A DNA stretch of 64,000 nucleotides from a virus, in IMG/VR virus record IMGVR_UViG_3300032224_000723, positions 32,001 through 96,000 of that record. One strand, 5' to 3'. This document shows positions 9,801-20,324 of the stretch, one piece after another. Position numbers and translations under genes: made by a program. Position 1 is the stretch's first letter. Every line of letters begins with the position of its first letter. A model generated the notes under the pieces. That model was not told the DNA's origin. It did not search any database and saw only the letters and a list, made by a program, of their open reading frames with translations.

Positions 9801-9810
9801 GTTGTATAAT
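9782..9810 (+). promoter_or_regulatory. Sigma70-type promoter, probably giving a leaderless dnaJ mRNA
   Basis: TTGACC-N17-TATAAT; ATG 7 nt downstream at 9817; no SD. Confidence 0.7.
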
Positions 9811-9816
9811 GTATCA

Positions 9817-10650
9817 ATGAATCCATATGAGATTTTGGGTGTTGCTAAAACTGCAACCCCTGAAGAAATTAAAAAAACCTATCGTAAACTAGCTGCTCAG
9901 CATCATCCTGACCGCGGCGGCGACACTGCCAAATTCCAAGAAATACAAGCCGCATACGATACATTGAGTGATCCCGAAAAACGTGCTCAATTAGATAACC
10001 CAGTTCACCAAATGGGGCCAGGACATTTCCACTTTGATTTTGGCAATGGTGACATTAATGATATATTTGCAAGGTTTAATTTTGGCGGTGGTGATCCCTT
10101 TGGACAGTTTAGACAACAGCAACCTAGACGCAATAGAGATGTTAGAGCCGAATTAAATGTAGGCTTGCAAGAAACACTGAATGAAATAACAAAAACTCTA
10201 AATATAAAAACATCAGAATCACAACGACAAAACATCGATGTTAAGATTCCCAGAGGTATTACCAGTGGTACTACAATAAAGTATCCAGGATTGGGCGACA
10301 ACTTATTTGGAAATCTTCCCCCTGGAGACTTGTATCTAACCGTAAATGTATTACAGCACCCAACATATAAAGTCAGCGGATTAGATTTGGTAATGGGCTT
10401 GACAATAGATTGTTTTCAAGCTATACTAGGTTGTGAGCAAACAATCGTAGGATTGGATAATAAAGTATTCACCATACAAACACCGCAAGGTTGTCAACCA
10501 GGAACTAAACTAAAGATACCAGGAGAAGGATTATGGGGATTTCAACAAGATATCAAAGGCAGTCTATTTGTGGAAGTAGCAGTAACAGTTCCTAGAAATT
10601 TAACAGAAGAACAACGACAATTAATTCAAACAATACAAAACCAACGGTAA
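9817..10650 (+). CDS. DnaJ-class co-chaperone (CbpA-like, no Zn finger)
   Basis: J-domain with HPD (HHPDRGGD), G/F region, DnaJ C-terminal domain. Confidence 0.92.
   Translation: MNPYEILGVAKTATPEEIKKTYRKLAAQHHPDRGGDTAKFQEIQAAYDTLSDPEKRAQLDNPVHQMGPGHFHFDFGNGDINDIFARFNFGGGDPFGQFRQQQPRRNRDVRAELNVGLQETLNEITKTLNIKTSESQRQNIDVKIPRGITSGTTIKYPGLGDNLFGNLPPGDLYLTVNVLQHPTYKVSGLDLVMGLTIDCFQAILGCEQTIVGLDNKVFTIQTPQGCQPGTKLKIPGEGLWGFQQDIKGSLFVEVAVTVPRNLTEEQRQLIQTIQNQR
10399..10427 (+). promoter_or_regulatory. Internal sigma70-type promoter upstream of clpA
   Basis: TTGACA-N17-TATACT inside dnaJ. Confidence 0.45.
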
Positions 10651-10658
10651 ATATTTTT

Positions 10659-12935
10659 ATGCTTCAAACAAATCCAGAAATTAACACAATCATTGAAACA
10701 GCTACAGAATGTGCTGCCACTAAGAATCACGAATATGTGACTCTTGAACACTTGTTGTTGGCCATGGTCAACCATCCACCATTTAAACATATTATTGAAC
10801 AATTTGGTGCAGATGCCAGTGGCTTGATTGAAGACTTAGAATCTTATTTAGATCTTCAGACATATTTGATTAGCCAGGGCTATGATATTGTGCCTAAGAA
10901 AACACACAGTTTAGAACGTGTGTTTAATCGTGCATTTACACAAGTACTGTTTAGTGGACGCCAACACATGCAGGTCATTGACTTGTTCCTCAGTATTATG
11001 AGTGAGGAAAAAAGTCATGCAAGATACTATCTTGTCAAATACGGTTTGGAGAGAAAGAAACTTGTTGACTTTTGGAACTCAAATTACACTGAACAAAAAG
11101 AAAAGAAAAAGTCCAAAACTAATGCAGCTGATACAATTCTGCAAGAGTATTGTGAGAATTTAAATGAACTAGCAGAATCAGGAGAAATTGATCCTGTGAT
11201 CGGACGTGAAAACGAAATTGACGAAATTACACAAGTCCTAGCAAAACGCAATAAAAGCAATGTACTAATGGTAGGCGATCCTGGTGTAGGTAAAACTGCC
11301 ATTGCAGAAGGACTTGCACTGAACATTGTCACAGGAGATGTTCCAGACTATCTTAAAGATCACACTGTTTATAATTTAGACATTGGTAGTTTACTTGCTG
11401 GTAGTAAGTACCGTGGAGAGTTTGAAGAAAAACTCAAAGACGTTATCAAAGCATTGAACATCAAAGGCAAGGCTATTTTGTTTATTGATGAAGCACATCA
11501 AATGCGTGGTGCAGGATCAGGCAGTCAAAGCGGTCCAGACTTTGCTAACATGATTAAGCCTGCATTAACTAAAGGACGCATCAAAGTCATTGCCAGCACT
11601 ACATGGGAAGAATACACACAGAGCTTTGAGAAAGATCGTGCGCTGATGCGCCGCTTTTATAGACTTACTGTTGAAGAACCTACTCCTGAAGTAGCAAAAC
11701 AAATTCTACGTGGACTTAAAGATAACTTTGAAGAATTCCATGGTGGAACCATCACAGAAGAAGCTATTGATGCCGCAGTGGATCTTAGTGTACGCTATCA
11801 AACAGATAAGCGGTTGCCCGACAAAGCAATTGACTTGATTGATACTTCGGCAGCACGACTAAAGATTACTACAACAGACTTCGTTGTACGCAAGAGTCAT
11901 ATTATTGATGCTATCAGTAAATTTACAAAGATTCCAGTTGAGCAATTAGACACAGTTGCAGTTAAGAATCTTGAAAATCTAGAAGGTAACATCAAAGGCA
12001 AACTGTACGGACAAGATTCCGCAGTTACCGATGTATTGGATAAAATTTATGTCAGTAGGGCAGGATTAAAATCATTGAACAAACCTGTGGGTAGTTTCTT
12101 GTTCCTTGGACCTACTGGTACTGGTAAGACTGAGTTAGCAAAATTGCTGGCCGAAAATCTCGGGATGAAACTATTAAGATATGATATGAGTGAATACCAA
12201 GAGCGTCATTCAGTTGCAAAATTGATTGGTGCTCCCCCCGGGTATGTAGGTTACGATGATGGTAACTTGGGTGGTGGTTTATTAATTAGTGATGTAGAAA
12301 AGAATCCAAACTGTGTAATACTGTTTGATGAAGTAGAAAAAGCACACCCAGATGTCAGTAATATTCTTCTCAGTCTTATGGATGAAGGTATTGTTACCAG
12401 TAGCAATGGCAAGAAAGCAGACTGCCGCAATGCAGTTGTTATCTTAACTAGTAATTTGGGTGCCGCTGACAATGAACGCAACAGCATCGGTTTTGGTCGT
12501 AGTTTAGAAAAGTCAGGCGAGGATGATAAAGCTGTTAAAGACTTCTTTAAACCCGAGTTCCGAAACAGACTAGATGCTATTATTAAATTCAACAAATTAG
12601 ATCAAACCAGCATCCGTCGTATTGTTGACAAGTTTATTTTAGACATGAACGATTTGATCAGTGACAAACATATTCAAGTTTTGTTAACTGACAAGGCTGC
12701 TGACTATATTATTAGTCAAGGTTATGATAACAAAATGGGCGCAAGGCCACTGGCACGTAAGATTAACGAGTTGATTAAAGTGCCGTTGAGTAAACGTATC
12801 TTATTTGACAACATCACAAACTGTGTGGTCACAGTGGATTACACAGATAAGATTGAATTTGACGTTAAAGAGAATTTTGCTCTCTACGGCAACACTACTA
12901 TGATTGACGAAAACGGCTATGTTGTTGTGGAGTAA
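10659..12935 (+). CDS. clpA: ATP-dependent Clp protease ATP-binding subunit ClpA
   Basis: N-domain HEYVTLEH, two Walker A ([16 protein letters not shown]), IGF loop (SIGFG), no ClpB M-domain. Confidence 0.92.
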   Translation: MLQTNPEINTIIETATECAATKNHEYVTLEHLLLAMVNHPPFKHIIEQFGADASGLIEDLESYLDLQTYLISQGYDIVPKKTHSLERVFNRAFTQVLFSGRQHMQVIDLFLSIMSEEKSHARYYLVKYGLERKKLVDFWNSNYTEQKEKKKSKTNAADTILQEYCENLNELAESGEIDPVIGRENEIDEITQVLAKRNKSNVLMVGDPGVGKTAIAEGLALNIVTGDVPDYLKDHTVYNLDIGSLLAGSKYRGEFEEKLKDVIKALNIKGKAILFIDEAHQMRGAGSGSQSGPDFANMIKPALTKGRIKVIASTTWEEYTQSFEKDRALMRRFYRLTVEEPTPEVAKQILRGLKDNFEEFHGGTITEEAIDAAVDLSVRYQTDKRLPDKAIDLIDTSAARLKITTTDFVVRKSHIIDAISKFTKIPVEQLDTVAVKNLENLEGNIKGKLYGQDSAVTDVLDKIYVSRAGLKSLNKPVGSFLFLGPTGTGKTELAKLLAENLGMKLLRYDMSEYQERHSVAKLIGAPPGYVGYDDGNLGGGLLISDVEKNPNCVILFDEVEKAHPDVSNILLSLMDEGIVTSSNGKKADCRNAVVILTSNLGAADNERNSIGFGRSLEKSGEDDKAVKDFFKPEFRNRLDAIIKFNKLDQTSIRRIVDKFILDMNDLISDKHIQVLLTDKAADYIISQGYDNKMGARPLARKINELIKVPLSKRILFDNITNCVVTVDYTDKIEFDVKENFALYGNTTMIDENGYVVVE

Positions 12936-13626
12936 ATTAAATTCTGACGTTAAAATAATTGATACAAAGAAGAAATTCTTTAATCAATATTTGTACAAAG
13001 CCGTGGTAAACACGCCTTTCTGCAGACTTATTTTAAGTAATCAAGTTAATTTAACCGCCGAATTTCAAAGGCGACTTGATTTGAGTCGACATTATAATTA
13101 TGGAGGTAGTTGGAATAAAAAGAACACTTCCACTAAAGCTAATATAAGTGAGATATCATATTATCAAAATCTTAGACTAAGAAATATAGACGAGTTAAAA
13201 TTTAGAGTAGAAGAACCTTATCTTTCAATTTACTCCAACGATGAAAAATATTTGTACGATATTGTTTCTCAAGCTGGTAGTACAGTTACAGAAATACATA
13301 AACCTGCAAGTGAATCCGCCAAAGATATTTTGAATCAAGGCAACATTGTTATTAAAAAAGCCTCAGACTACGAGTATAAAGTTGTACTAAGAGAAAGCAG
13401 TGCAATTTCATTCGAAGTTCGAGAACAAGTATATAACTATTTGATTGGTTTAAATGACGCTGTCAGAATGACTAGAAGTTGTAAACGCAATCTAACTGAG
13501 CGCCATTATTGGTTTACCAGTACATATTTTTATACCAAAGATCCGTCGGTGCTGACGTTTTTGAATTTAATTAGTCCGGACATAGTGTCAGGAATTTTTA
13601 AACTCACTGTGGCTATCGATAAATAA
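12919..13626 (+). CDS. Hypothetical phage protein
   Basis: ORF; ATG 12919. Confidence 0.55.
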   Translation: MLLWSKLNSDVKIIDTKKKFFNQYLYKAVVNTPFCRLILSNQVNLTAEFQRRLDLSRHYNYGGSWNKKNTSTKANISEISYYQNLRLRNIDELKFRVEEPYLSIYSNDEKYLYDIVSQAGSTVTEIHKPASESAKDILNQGNIVIKKASDYEYKVVLRESSAISFEVREQVYNYLIGLNDAVRMTRSCKRNLTERHYWFTSTYFYTKDPSVLTFLNLISPDIVSGIFKLTVAIDK

Positions 13627-13648
13627 TTGTATATTCAAGGAGCCTTAG

Positions 13649-13813
13649 ATGGCAAAAGTTCAAGAAGAAGTAATCGTAATCACCGTCAGTAAATTAGTTA
13701 AAAATGACGAAACATCAACAGAGATAGTTGCCGACGATGTTATCACAGCATTAACATCAGTGGCAGAAGAATTACTCGGCAACGGAGTTGTTGTCGAAGT
13801 TAATAAAGCATAA
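13649..13813 (+). CDS. 54-aa hypothetical protein (MAKVQEEVIVITVSKLVK...)
   Basis: Hand-translated; TAAATA 13620-13625 and AAGGAG RBS. Confidence 0.7.
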   Translation: MAKVQEEVIVITVSKLVKNDETSTEIVADDVITALTSVAEELLGNGVVVEVNKA

Positions 13814-13835
13814 TCAACAAACTAGAAAGAAATCA

Positions 13836-14768
13836 ATGAGCGATAAAAAATCAGTAAGCGCAAAAGAAATCATGACTAACTTGGGTGCATCAAAAACTCC
13901 TGTACCCAAATTAACAAAACCAATTATGCCTGTTCCAGGCGGCATGGTTCAAAGCCAACCACAGCAACAAGGTCAACAATTTGACTTTAGCAAAGTGCAT
14001 GTTCACTTTGCTGTTCCATGTTATGGCGGTATGGTAAGTGAGCCAACAATGACCAGCTTCTTGCGTTTTACATTAATGGCAGCTAAAATTGGTCTAAACT
14101 GGAGTTTAGACACAATGGTCAATGAAAGTCTTGTAACTCGTGCTCGTAATAACTTGTGCGCTAAGATGATGACCAACGATCAAGCAACACATTTTATGTT
14201 TATTGACGCAGACATTCGCTTTGAACCAGAAGCTATCTTTGGTATGATTGCTTGCGACAAGGACGTTATCGGTGGATTGTATCCTAAAAAATCTTTGCCC
14301 ATTGACTACGTTATTAACTTGAAAAATGGTGGACGTATTGAAGGTCCTATTTTCCAAGTCGACACACAGGGCACAGGTTTCTTGTTGTTTAAGAAACATG
14401 TATATCAAAAACTAGTCAATGCACATCCAGAATGTAAGTATGTTGACGACATTGGTCTAGGCAAACAGTTCGAGCCTTTCATGTACAGTATTTTTGACAC
14501 AGTGATCGACGAGCGTGGTCATTACTTGAGTGAAGACTGGACATTCTGCCGTCGCTGGCAAGCACTGGGTGGCGACATTTGGGCCGATAGTCGTGTATTG
14601 TTGAACCACATCGGACACTATGAATTCAAGGGTGACTTGAGTGCATTGGAACGCAAAGGTTTGAAACGTGTTGATGTTAATACTCCTGAAGGTAGAGCGG
14701 CAGTTGAAGCTCAACTAAAGGCTGCACAAGAACAACAAGCACAACAAAATGAGCCAGCCACAGCTTGA
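13836..14768 (+). CDS. GT-A fold glycosyltransferase
   Basis: ESLVTRARN, FIDADI (DxD), GGLYPKK, GTGF, SEDWTFC, HIG. Confidence 0.8.
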   Translation: MSDKKSVSAKEIMTNLGASKTPVPKLTKPIMPVPGGMVQSQPQQQGQQFDFSKVHVHFAVPCYGGMVSEPTMTSFLRFTLMAAKIGLNWSLDTMVNESLVTRARNNLCAKMMTNDQATHFMFIDADIRFEPEAIFGMIACDKDVIGGLYPKKSLPIDYVINLKNGGRIEGPIFQVDTQGTGFLLFKKHVYQKLVNAHPECKYVDDIGLGKQFEPFMYSIFDTVIDERGHYLSEDWTFCRRWQALGGDIWADSRVLLNHIGHYEFKGDLSALERKGLKRVDVNTPEGRAAVEAQLKAAQEQQAQQNEPATA

Positions 14769-15210
14769 AACTGAAACACTGTCATTCCGTATAGGATTAA
14801 GTGGAACATACTGGAATCGTAGACCCGATTTCAGTGTGTTGATTAATGACAAAGAATTAGCTAAAGGATCTATTACTGAACCCAGTGAGCAAGTTCAGTA
14901 TATAGACTTTAGCTATGATTTTGTAGAAAATTCTACGAACAAATTACAAATCCGACTCACTAACAAAGATAACTCGGATGTCGTACAAAACGAAGATTGT
15001 ACTGAAATCCTCAAAGACATGTTGCTAAACATTGTTAGTATAGAAATAGATGACATTGATTTAGGGCAGTTAGTTTGGAGTTGTAGTAAATTTATTGCTG
15101 ATGACCCCAATCGACCAACACTAGCAAAATGTGTTAACTTAGGTTGGAACGGTGCATATACCATAGAATTTTCCAGCCCATTTTATCTGTGGTTACTTGA
15201 AAATATTTGA
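14749..15210 (+). CDS. Hypothetical phage protein
   Basis: ORF overlapping upstream gene. Confidence 0.6.
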   Translation: MSQPQLETETLSFRIGLSGTYWNRRPDFSVLINDKELAKGSITEPSEQVQYIDFSYDFVENSTNKLQIRLTNKDNSDVVQNEDCTEILKDMLLNIVSIEIDDIDLGQLVWSCSKFIADDPNRPTLAKCVNLGWNGAYTIEFSSPFYLWLLENI

Positions 15211-15214
15211 TAGC

Positions 15215-15242
15215 TAAATACTACATTAACTGATTGTAGTAT
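15215..15242 (+). promoter_or_regulatory. Late promoter (TAAATA) with start-codon-masking hairpin
   Basis: TAAATA 15215-15220; ATACTACA (15218-15225) pairs with TGTAGTAT (15235-15242) covering the ATG. Confidence 0.55.
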
Positions 15243-17952
15243 GTTCATTACCGATTTATTTGAAGCAAAAAACACGCCTGTGATAGTAACATATCCAGGA
15301 CGCTTCCAACCCTTTCATCAAGGCCATGCAGGTGTATTTGCTGAACTGCAAAAACTCTTTGGCAAAAATAATGTTTATATCCTAACCAGCAACGATCAAT
15401 CAGGACCTAAGAGTCCTTTTAATTTTGCTGACAAACGTCAACTAATGACGGCTGCGGGTGTTCCTGGAGATCACATTGTACAGACTACTGCAATGTACGC
15501 ACTTCCAGAAGGATTTGACCCACGCAATACTATATTTGTCACAGCAGTGGGCGCACCCGATGCTGATAGACTAAACCCAGACTCAGTACTCAAAAGAGAC
15601 AAAAAAGACAAAGACGGCAATATAATAAAGCCTGCAGGCAGTCCAGGATACTACAAGACTTGGGGTGGTGCGGCTCAAGCAGTCACAGCAGATCAACACG
15701 GATATGTTGTTGTAATTCCTGAAATACACAAAGAAGTTAAAATTAAAGATCGTGTCTACGATGTAAGTCATGGCACAGAATGTCGTAACCTATGGAATAT
15801 GATACGTGGTGATGCTAAAGCCAGGTCAGAATTTTTAAGTCAGTTATATGGTAGACCTGATGCTAAGTTAGGACAAATATTTGACAAGATTCCTGCAGCA
15901 GTAGCAGAAGGTGATCCAGCGACTGCCACAAGAGGAGATCCTCATCCTGAAAATGATTTTTATTTTCCCGTCAAAGATCAATGGCCTGAAAAACTTGGCC
16001 CAATGGGCAAAGTGGCAGAAGATGCACCTCCTGGTGCCAAAGCTGAACGTATGGTCAAGCATATTAAAAAAGGATATGCTCGGGACGGTAAACTAACTGA
16101 CAAAGAAAAATCAATTGCTTTTGCCACAGCATGGAAGGCACACAATGCTGGAAAAGTAGAAGAAACAGATATCAATGCAGTAGTAGACACTAATACAGAT
16201 GCCCGCGGGAAACAAGATACATTAGGACTTAATGTTGGCACAAAAGTGGGCCCAGGTAATGCATCAGTACAACCAATAGCATCAGTTTCCCAAGACTATG
16301 ACCCAACACAAGTAACTGCTGGTGTTAATGCAAATTATGGATTGGATGTGGGCAAGGGCAGTGTCACTGCTGGCGTTACAAGAATGAGGGGCATGCCTAA
16401 CAACCAATTTAATCTACAAGCAAACTATCCAGTGGGCAGTGGCAATTTTAATGCTGGAGTATCTAGCTCCAAAGATCAGCCAAATAATATTAATCTAGGA
16501 TACTCTAATGGTGGATTTAATATTGGTTACAATCAATCTCAAGATGGTAAAAATAAAAATCTAGTAGCCAAATACACAAAGACTTTTGAAGAGTGGAGTC
16601 AAAAGTATAAGAAAAGTATCAACTGTAGTCATCCAAAAGGCTTTAGTCAAAAGGCTCATTGTGCTGGTAAAAAGAAACACAATGAAAGCATTGAAATGGA
16701 AATGACATGCCCTGATTGTGGCATGTGCGAAACACACGGTGATCATTCAAAAAATAAATTAGACGAATTAAAGTGCTGGCCAGGTTATACTAGAGTTCAA
16801 GGTGTACCAGCTGGTGCTCCAGGTAGTTGCAAAAAGAAAAAGAAAACTAACGAAGCAGGATCACCGGCACAACAAGCCGCTATTGCTATTGCAATGAAAA
16901 AAGCTGGCAAGAAACCAAAGCACGTTGACGAAGATGCTGCCGGAGTAGGTGTTGTTGCCACAAATAAGAAAATGGCAAGAGATCCACGTTACTCTACTAG
17001 TATGACAGTAGATGTACATCCAGACACTCCCAAGAAACAACTCAAAGCACTGAAACTTGCTGAAATGAAACCCAGCGACTTTGAAATAAGAAACTTTGAA
17101 AAGCTGGATACTATATTAGCAGAACTATGCCGGCAAGTTATTGCACATCAAAAAAACGATGCCGACTATTGGGGTATGGTGGCTGCTTGTGTTGTTGATC
17201 CCGATGACAACGTAGTACCCGGCATTAATTATTTAGACGATAGCGGCAAGCGTGTTCACGCAGAACGTGCAGCCATTGATTCCTATCGTGAACACTTTGG
17301 CGAAATACCTGAAGGCAGTATCATTGTTACTACACTAAGCCCTTGCTGTCATCCATTGGAAGAACGCTATGGTGAAAGTTGTACTGAACTAATCAACGAC
17401 ACAGACGTACACAAAGTCTATTGTGGATACAAAGATCCTACGCAAGAACAAACAATGAATCGTACATTCCATATAATGCAGACACGTAATGCTAGCATTG
17501 TGGAACTATGTAAATCATTTGCAGATACATTTCTTGGCAAAATAAACGAAGAAACTGAAAACAAACACAGCATTGACGAAGATGAAATGATGGTCATGGT
17601 CCGAGAGTTTTTGCCAGTGGCTATGAAGGATTTAAAGATTAAACGTCTACCACACATTGTGCTACAACCTTATGTAGAAGAACACGATGGACAAGCAACA
17701 TTTGGTAGATTTGTTGATTCTGAAGAACGCATTTATCTGGGCATTGCGGATCGTCATCCTGTGGACATACTACGCACATTAGCACATGAACTAGTACATT
17801 TTAAACAGTACGAAGATGATAAGATGTATCCAGGTGCTGGCCAAACAGGTAGCCCGATTGAAAACGAAGCACACGTTGTAGCAGGCATTATCATGCGTCA
17901 CTTTAATAAAAAGTATCCCATGGCCATTAAGTCCAAACCCCTGGAGTTATAA
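15241..17952 (+). CDS. Mosaic internal-virion-type polyprotein: HxGH nucleotidyltransferase + beta-rich module + short Cys/Lys peptides + Zn deaminase + HEXXH metallopeptidase
   Basis: MFITDLFE N-terminus; PGRFQPFHQGH; HAE...SPCC; AHELVH; modules separated by VAE/VEE/FEE/LDE/VDE/LAE/IDE. Confidence 0.7.
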   Translation: MFITDLFEAKNTPVIVTYPGRFQPFHQGHAGVFAELQKLFGKNNVYILTSNDQSGPKSPFNFADKRQLMTAAGVPGDHIVQTTAMYALPEGFDPRNTIFVTAVGAPDADRLNPDSVLKRDKKDKDGNIIKPAGSPGYYKTWGGAAQAVTADQHGYVVVIPEIHKEVKIKDRVYDVSHGTECRNLWNMIRGDAKARSEFLSQLYGRPDAKLGQIFDKIPAAVAEGDPATATRGDPHPENDFYFPVKDQWPEKLGPMGKVAEDAPPGAKAERMVKHIKKGYARDGKLTDKEKSIAFATAWKAHNAGKVEETDINAVVDTNTDARGKQDTLGLNVGTKVGPGNASVQPIASVSQDYDPTQVTAGVNANYGLDVGKGSVTAGVTRMRGMPNNQFNLQANYPVGSGNFNAGVSSSKDQPNNINLGYSNGGFNIGYNQSQDGKNKNLVAKYTKTFEEWSQKYKKSINCSHPKGFSQKAHCAGKKKHNESIEMEMTCPDCGMCETHGDHSKNKLDELKCWPGYTRVQGVPAGAPGSCKKKKKTNEAGSPAQQAAIAIAMKKAGKKPKHVDEDAAGVGVVATNKKMARDPRYSTSMTVDVHPDTPKKQLKALKLAEMKPSDFEIRNFEKLDTILAELCRQVIAHQKNDADYWGMVAACVVDPDDNVVPGINYLDDSGKRVHAERAAIDSYREHFGEIPEGSIIVTTLSPCCHPLEERYGESCTELINDTDVHKVYCGYKDPTQEQTMNRTFHIMQTRNASIVELCKSFADTFLGKINEETENKHSIDEDEMMVMVREFLPVAMKDLKIKRLPHIVLQPYVEEHDGQATFGRFVDSEERIYLGIADRHPVDILRTLAHELVHFKQYEDDKMYPGAGQTGSPIENEAHVVAGIIMRHFNKKYPMAIKSKPLEL

Positions 17953-19466
17953 TGCGAGCACATGAGTTTATAACAGAAGCCAAAACAACCCGAGAAGATT
18001 TTGAGGGCATGACCATTGAGATGGTTAAGAATGGTCATGTATTAGTGATCAATGCGCTTGATGATTGGGGCAATAACGTATTGGGTTCTGTTGCTTTTAA
18101 CATTGGCGATGACAATGAACTAGATCCGCAAGACTTAAAAGTTGATGAAAGATATCAAGGTCAAGGTATTGCTAAAATAATGTATGATTATGCAAAAAGC
18201 AAAGGCTACGAGATTCATCGTAGCTATGACCAGACTGATGCAGGCAAGGGTTTTTGGGACAAGCATCGCGGAGAAGATGTTCGTGTTTGGGAAGCCTTTA
18301 ACCGACCTTATAAAGGTAAATGGGAAAAGAGTGAATATAGTGGTAGTGTTGATGTATTAACCAAGTTGCCTGACGGAACACATTTGAGTATTATGTTCAA
18401 TGATGAAGGTGATGGAGAATATCAAGTTGAATTTCATAGAAACAATAGTCAATCAGTTACTGGCGAAGGTGACGCTCAACGAATATTTGCCACAGTATTA
18501 GCAGCCATACAAACATTCATTAAAAAATACAAACCCTGGCGTTTAACATTCTCTGCAAGTAAAGAAATAGACATGGACGCAGATTATGACCAGGCACGAT
18601 TTAATCCAGAAAGTCGTGCTAAGTTATACAACAGAATGGTACAGCGTTATGCAAGAGCATGGGGTTATGAGGATTATGCTGAGGATCATGGCGACCAAAT
18701 CACATATGAACTTACACAATTAAAGCAAGGTGCAGTAAAAGAAGATGTTCGTGTTTGGGAAGGCAAACAAACTGTTACTGAATACAGAGATAGGATGTAT
18801 CAATATCTCAAGAGTATTGTTCCAAATTGGCCAGACTATATTGTAAAAGATTGGTTATATGCCAACTTTGCCAAAGGACCAACACAAACCGCCAACTGGA
18901 GTTTTGAAACTATAGGAAAAGATATTCCTGTTATGTTAAAGGACATGGGACTAAGCGTTAACACCAATTGGCAACTTGTACCTAATATGAAGTTTACGAT
19001 GAACATGTGGGAACCAAAAACTTTAAAACGCCTACAAGCCAGAGCAGGTGGTAATACTAAAAGTGCGGACCCTATGGTACATATACCTGCCAATGATGCC
19101 GAACGTCATGCCACACAGGCTGCACTTGCAAAGCAACAAGGCGGTGTGCGTAATGAGCCTGTTATCTTAATGAAAACTGCACAAGGTTATGAATTGCTTG
19201 AAGGCTGGCATAGAACTATACAACATTTTGCTATGTATCCACAAGGTTATACTGGTCCAGCTTATGTAGCAGTAGCTGGTGCTGTACAAGAAAACTTTGC
19301 CGACGGACGTAATCCACAAGACAAAGGCGATAGCAAACGCTATCATGTACCTACTAAAAGCAGTGTCAGCAACTTACGCAAATTTGCTAAAAGTCACAGT
19401 GGACGTGCGGCACAGTTAGCACATTGGGCCGCAAATATGAAAGCTGGCAGGGCTAAAAAGAAATGA
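17952..19466 (+). CDS. Mosaic polyprotein: GNAT acetyltransferase + unknown module + ParB/Srx-like module + basic tail
   Basis: MRAHEFITE N-terminus; VDERYQGQGIA and AGKGFW (GNAT); EPVIL...LLEGWHR (ParB-like). Confidence 0.7.
   Translation: MRAHEFITEAKTTREDFEGMTIEMVKNGHVLVINALDDWGNNVLGSVAFNIGDDNELDPQDLKVDERYQGQGIAKIMYDYAKSKGYEIHRSYDQTDAGKGFWDKHRGEDVRVWEAFNRPYKGKWEKSEYSGSVDVLTKLPDGTHLSIMFNDEGDGEYQVEFHRNNSQSVTGEGDAQRIFATVLAAIQTFIKKYKPWRLTFSASKEIDMDADYDQARFNPESRAKLYNRMVQRYARAWGYEDYAEDHGDQITYELTQLKQGAVKEDVRVWEGKQTVTEYRDRMYQYLKSIVPNWPDYIVKDWLYANFAKGPTQTANWSFETIGKDIPVMLKDMGLSVNTNWQLVPNMKFTMNMWEPKTLKRLQARAGGNTKSADPMVHIPANDAERHATQAALAKQQGGVRNEPVILMKTAQGYELLEGWHRTIQHFAMYPQGYTGPAYVAVAGAVQENFADGRNPQDKGDSKRYHVPTKSSVSNLRKFAKSHSGRAAQLAHWAANMKAGRAKKK
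18272..18762 (+). repeat. 23-bp direct repeat AGAAGATGTTCGTGTTTGGGAAG (18272-18294, 18740-18762) flanking an in-frame module
   Basis: Identical copies 468 bp apart, both encoding EDVRVWE. Confidence 0.9.
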
Positions 19467-19999
19467 AACTTGTTGAGTTTAGTCCACTGACTTTGCCGGG
19501 TAGTTTCCATCGCGGATTAGTGTTCAACAAGTTATGGCTAATACACGAATTAGAAAAAATACAAAATAGTTTTAGTACAATCTACATACTGGGATCATGG
19601 TATGGAAACATGAGTATTTTACTGGCACGAAGTTCCATTGAATTTGACCATATAGTCAACGTAGACACTGATAAACAAGCAATGGTTACTGGGCAACGGA
19701 TAGCTCAACACATGGGCATTGATGATAAAATTGAGCCAATGGTCAAAGATGCTAATGCGTTAGACTATAGACAATTAGATTCTGATGGATTGGTAATAAA
19801 TTGTAGTTGCCATGACATGACCAATCAAGGCTGGTTTGATAATATTCCCCAGGGAGTTATGGTAGCATTACAAAGTAGAGACGATGTCAATGACGATTTA
19901 ACTGATTACGCATTGAGTCAAACACTGTTTGAAGGCACCAAGCAATTACGTGATCCAGAAACAGAATATACTAGCATATTAAAAATAGGTATAAAATGA
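19463..19999 (+). CDS. Class I SAM-dependent methyltransferase-like protein
   Basis: ILGSWYG motif I variant, acidic NVDTD, INCSC. Confidence 0.6.
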   Translation: MKLVEFSPLTLPGSFHRGLVFNKLWLIHELEKIQNSFSTIYILGSWYGNMSILLARSSIEFDHIVNVDTDKQAMVTGQRIAQHMGIDDKIEPMVKDANALDYRQLDSDGLVINCSCHDMTNQGWFDNIPQGVMVALQSRDDVNDDLTDYALSQTLFEGTKQLRDPETEYTSILKIGIK

Positions 20000-20298
20000 A
20001 CGAAGTAAAAATTACAGCAGATATCTACTGCGATCACAATTTTAGACCACTTGAGTTTGCTACAGATGGGGAAAAGTCCTATAGAGTATATGTAAACGAC
20101 GACTTAATAACAGAACGCACATATATTTGGCATAATAACGAATACTTTGTGCGGGAAAACATTGTAGTTAGGTTACCTGCAGGCGAACACAAATTTAAAG
20201 TAGTACCGGCGTATCCATTCTTTAATGTATTTTTCTTTAAAAACTTTACAGTAAATGATCAGTTACAACTTTATGATGGCCAATTCCATATAGACTAA
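19996..20298 (+). CDS. Hypothetical phage protein
   Basis: ORF with ATGA overlap. Confidence 0.6.
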   Translation: MNEVKITADIYCDHNFRPLEFATDGEKSYRVYVNDDLITERTYIWHNNEYFVRENIVVRLPAGEHKFKVVPAYPFFNVFFFKNFTVNDQLQLYDGQFHID

Positions 20299-20324
20299 TA
20301 AATATAACATATTGAGGATTTCAC

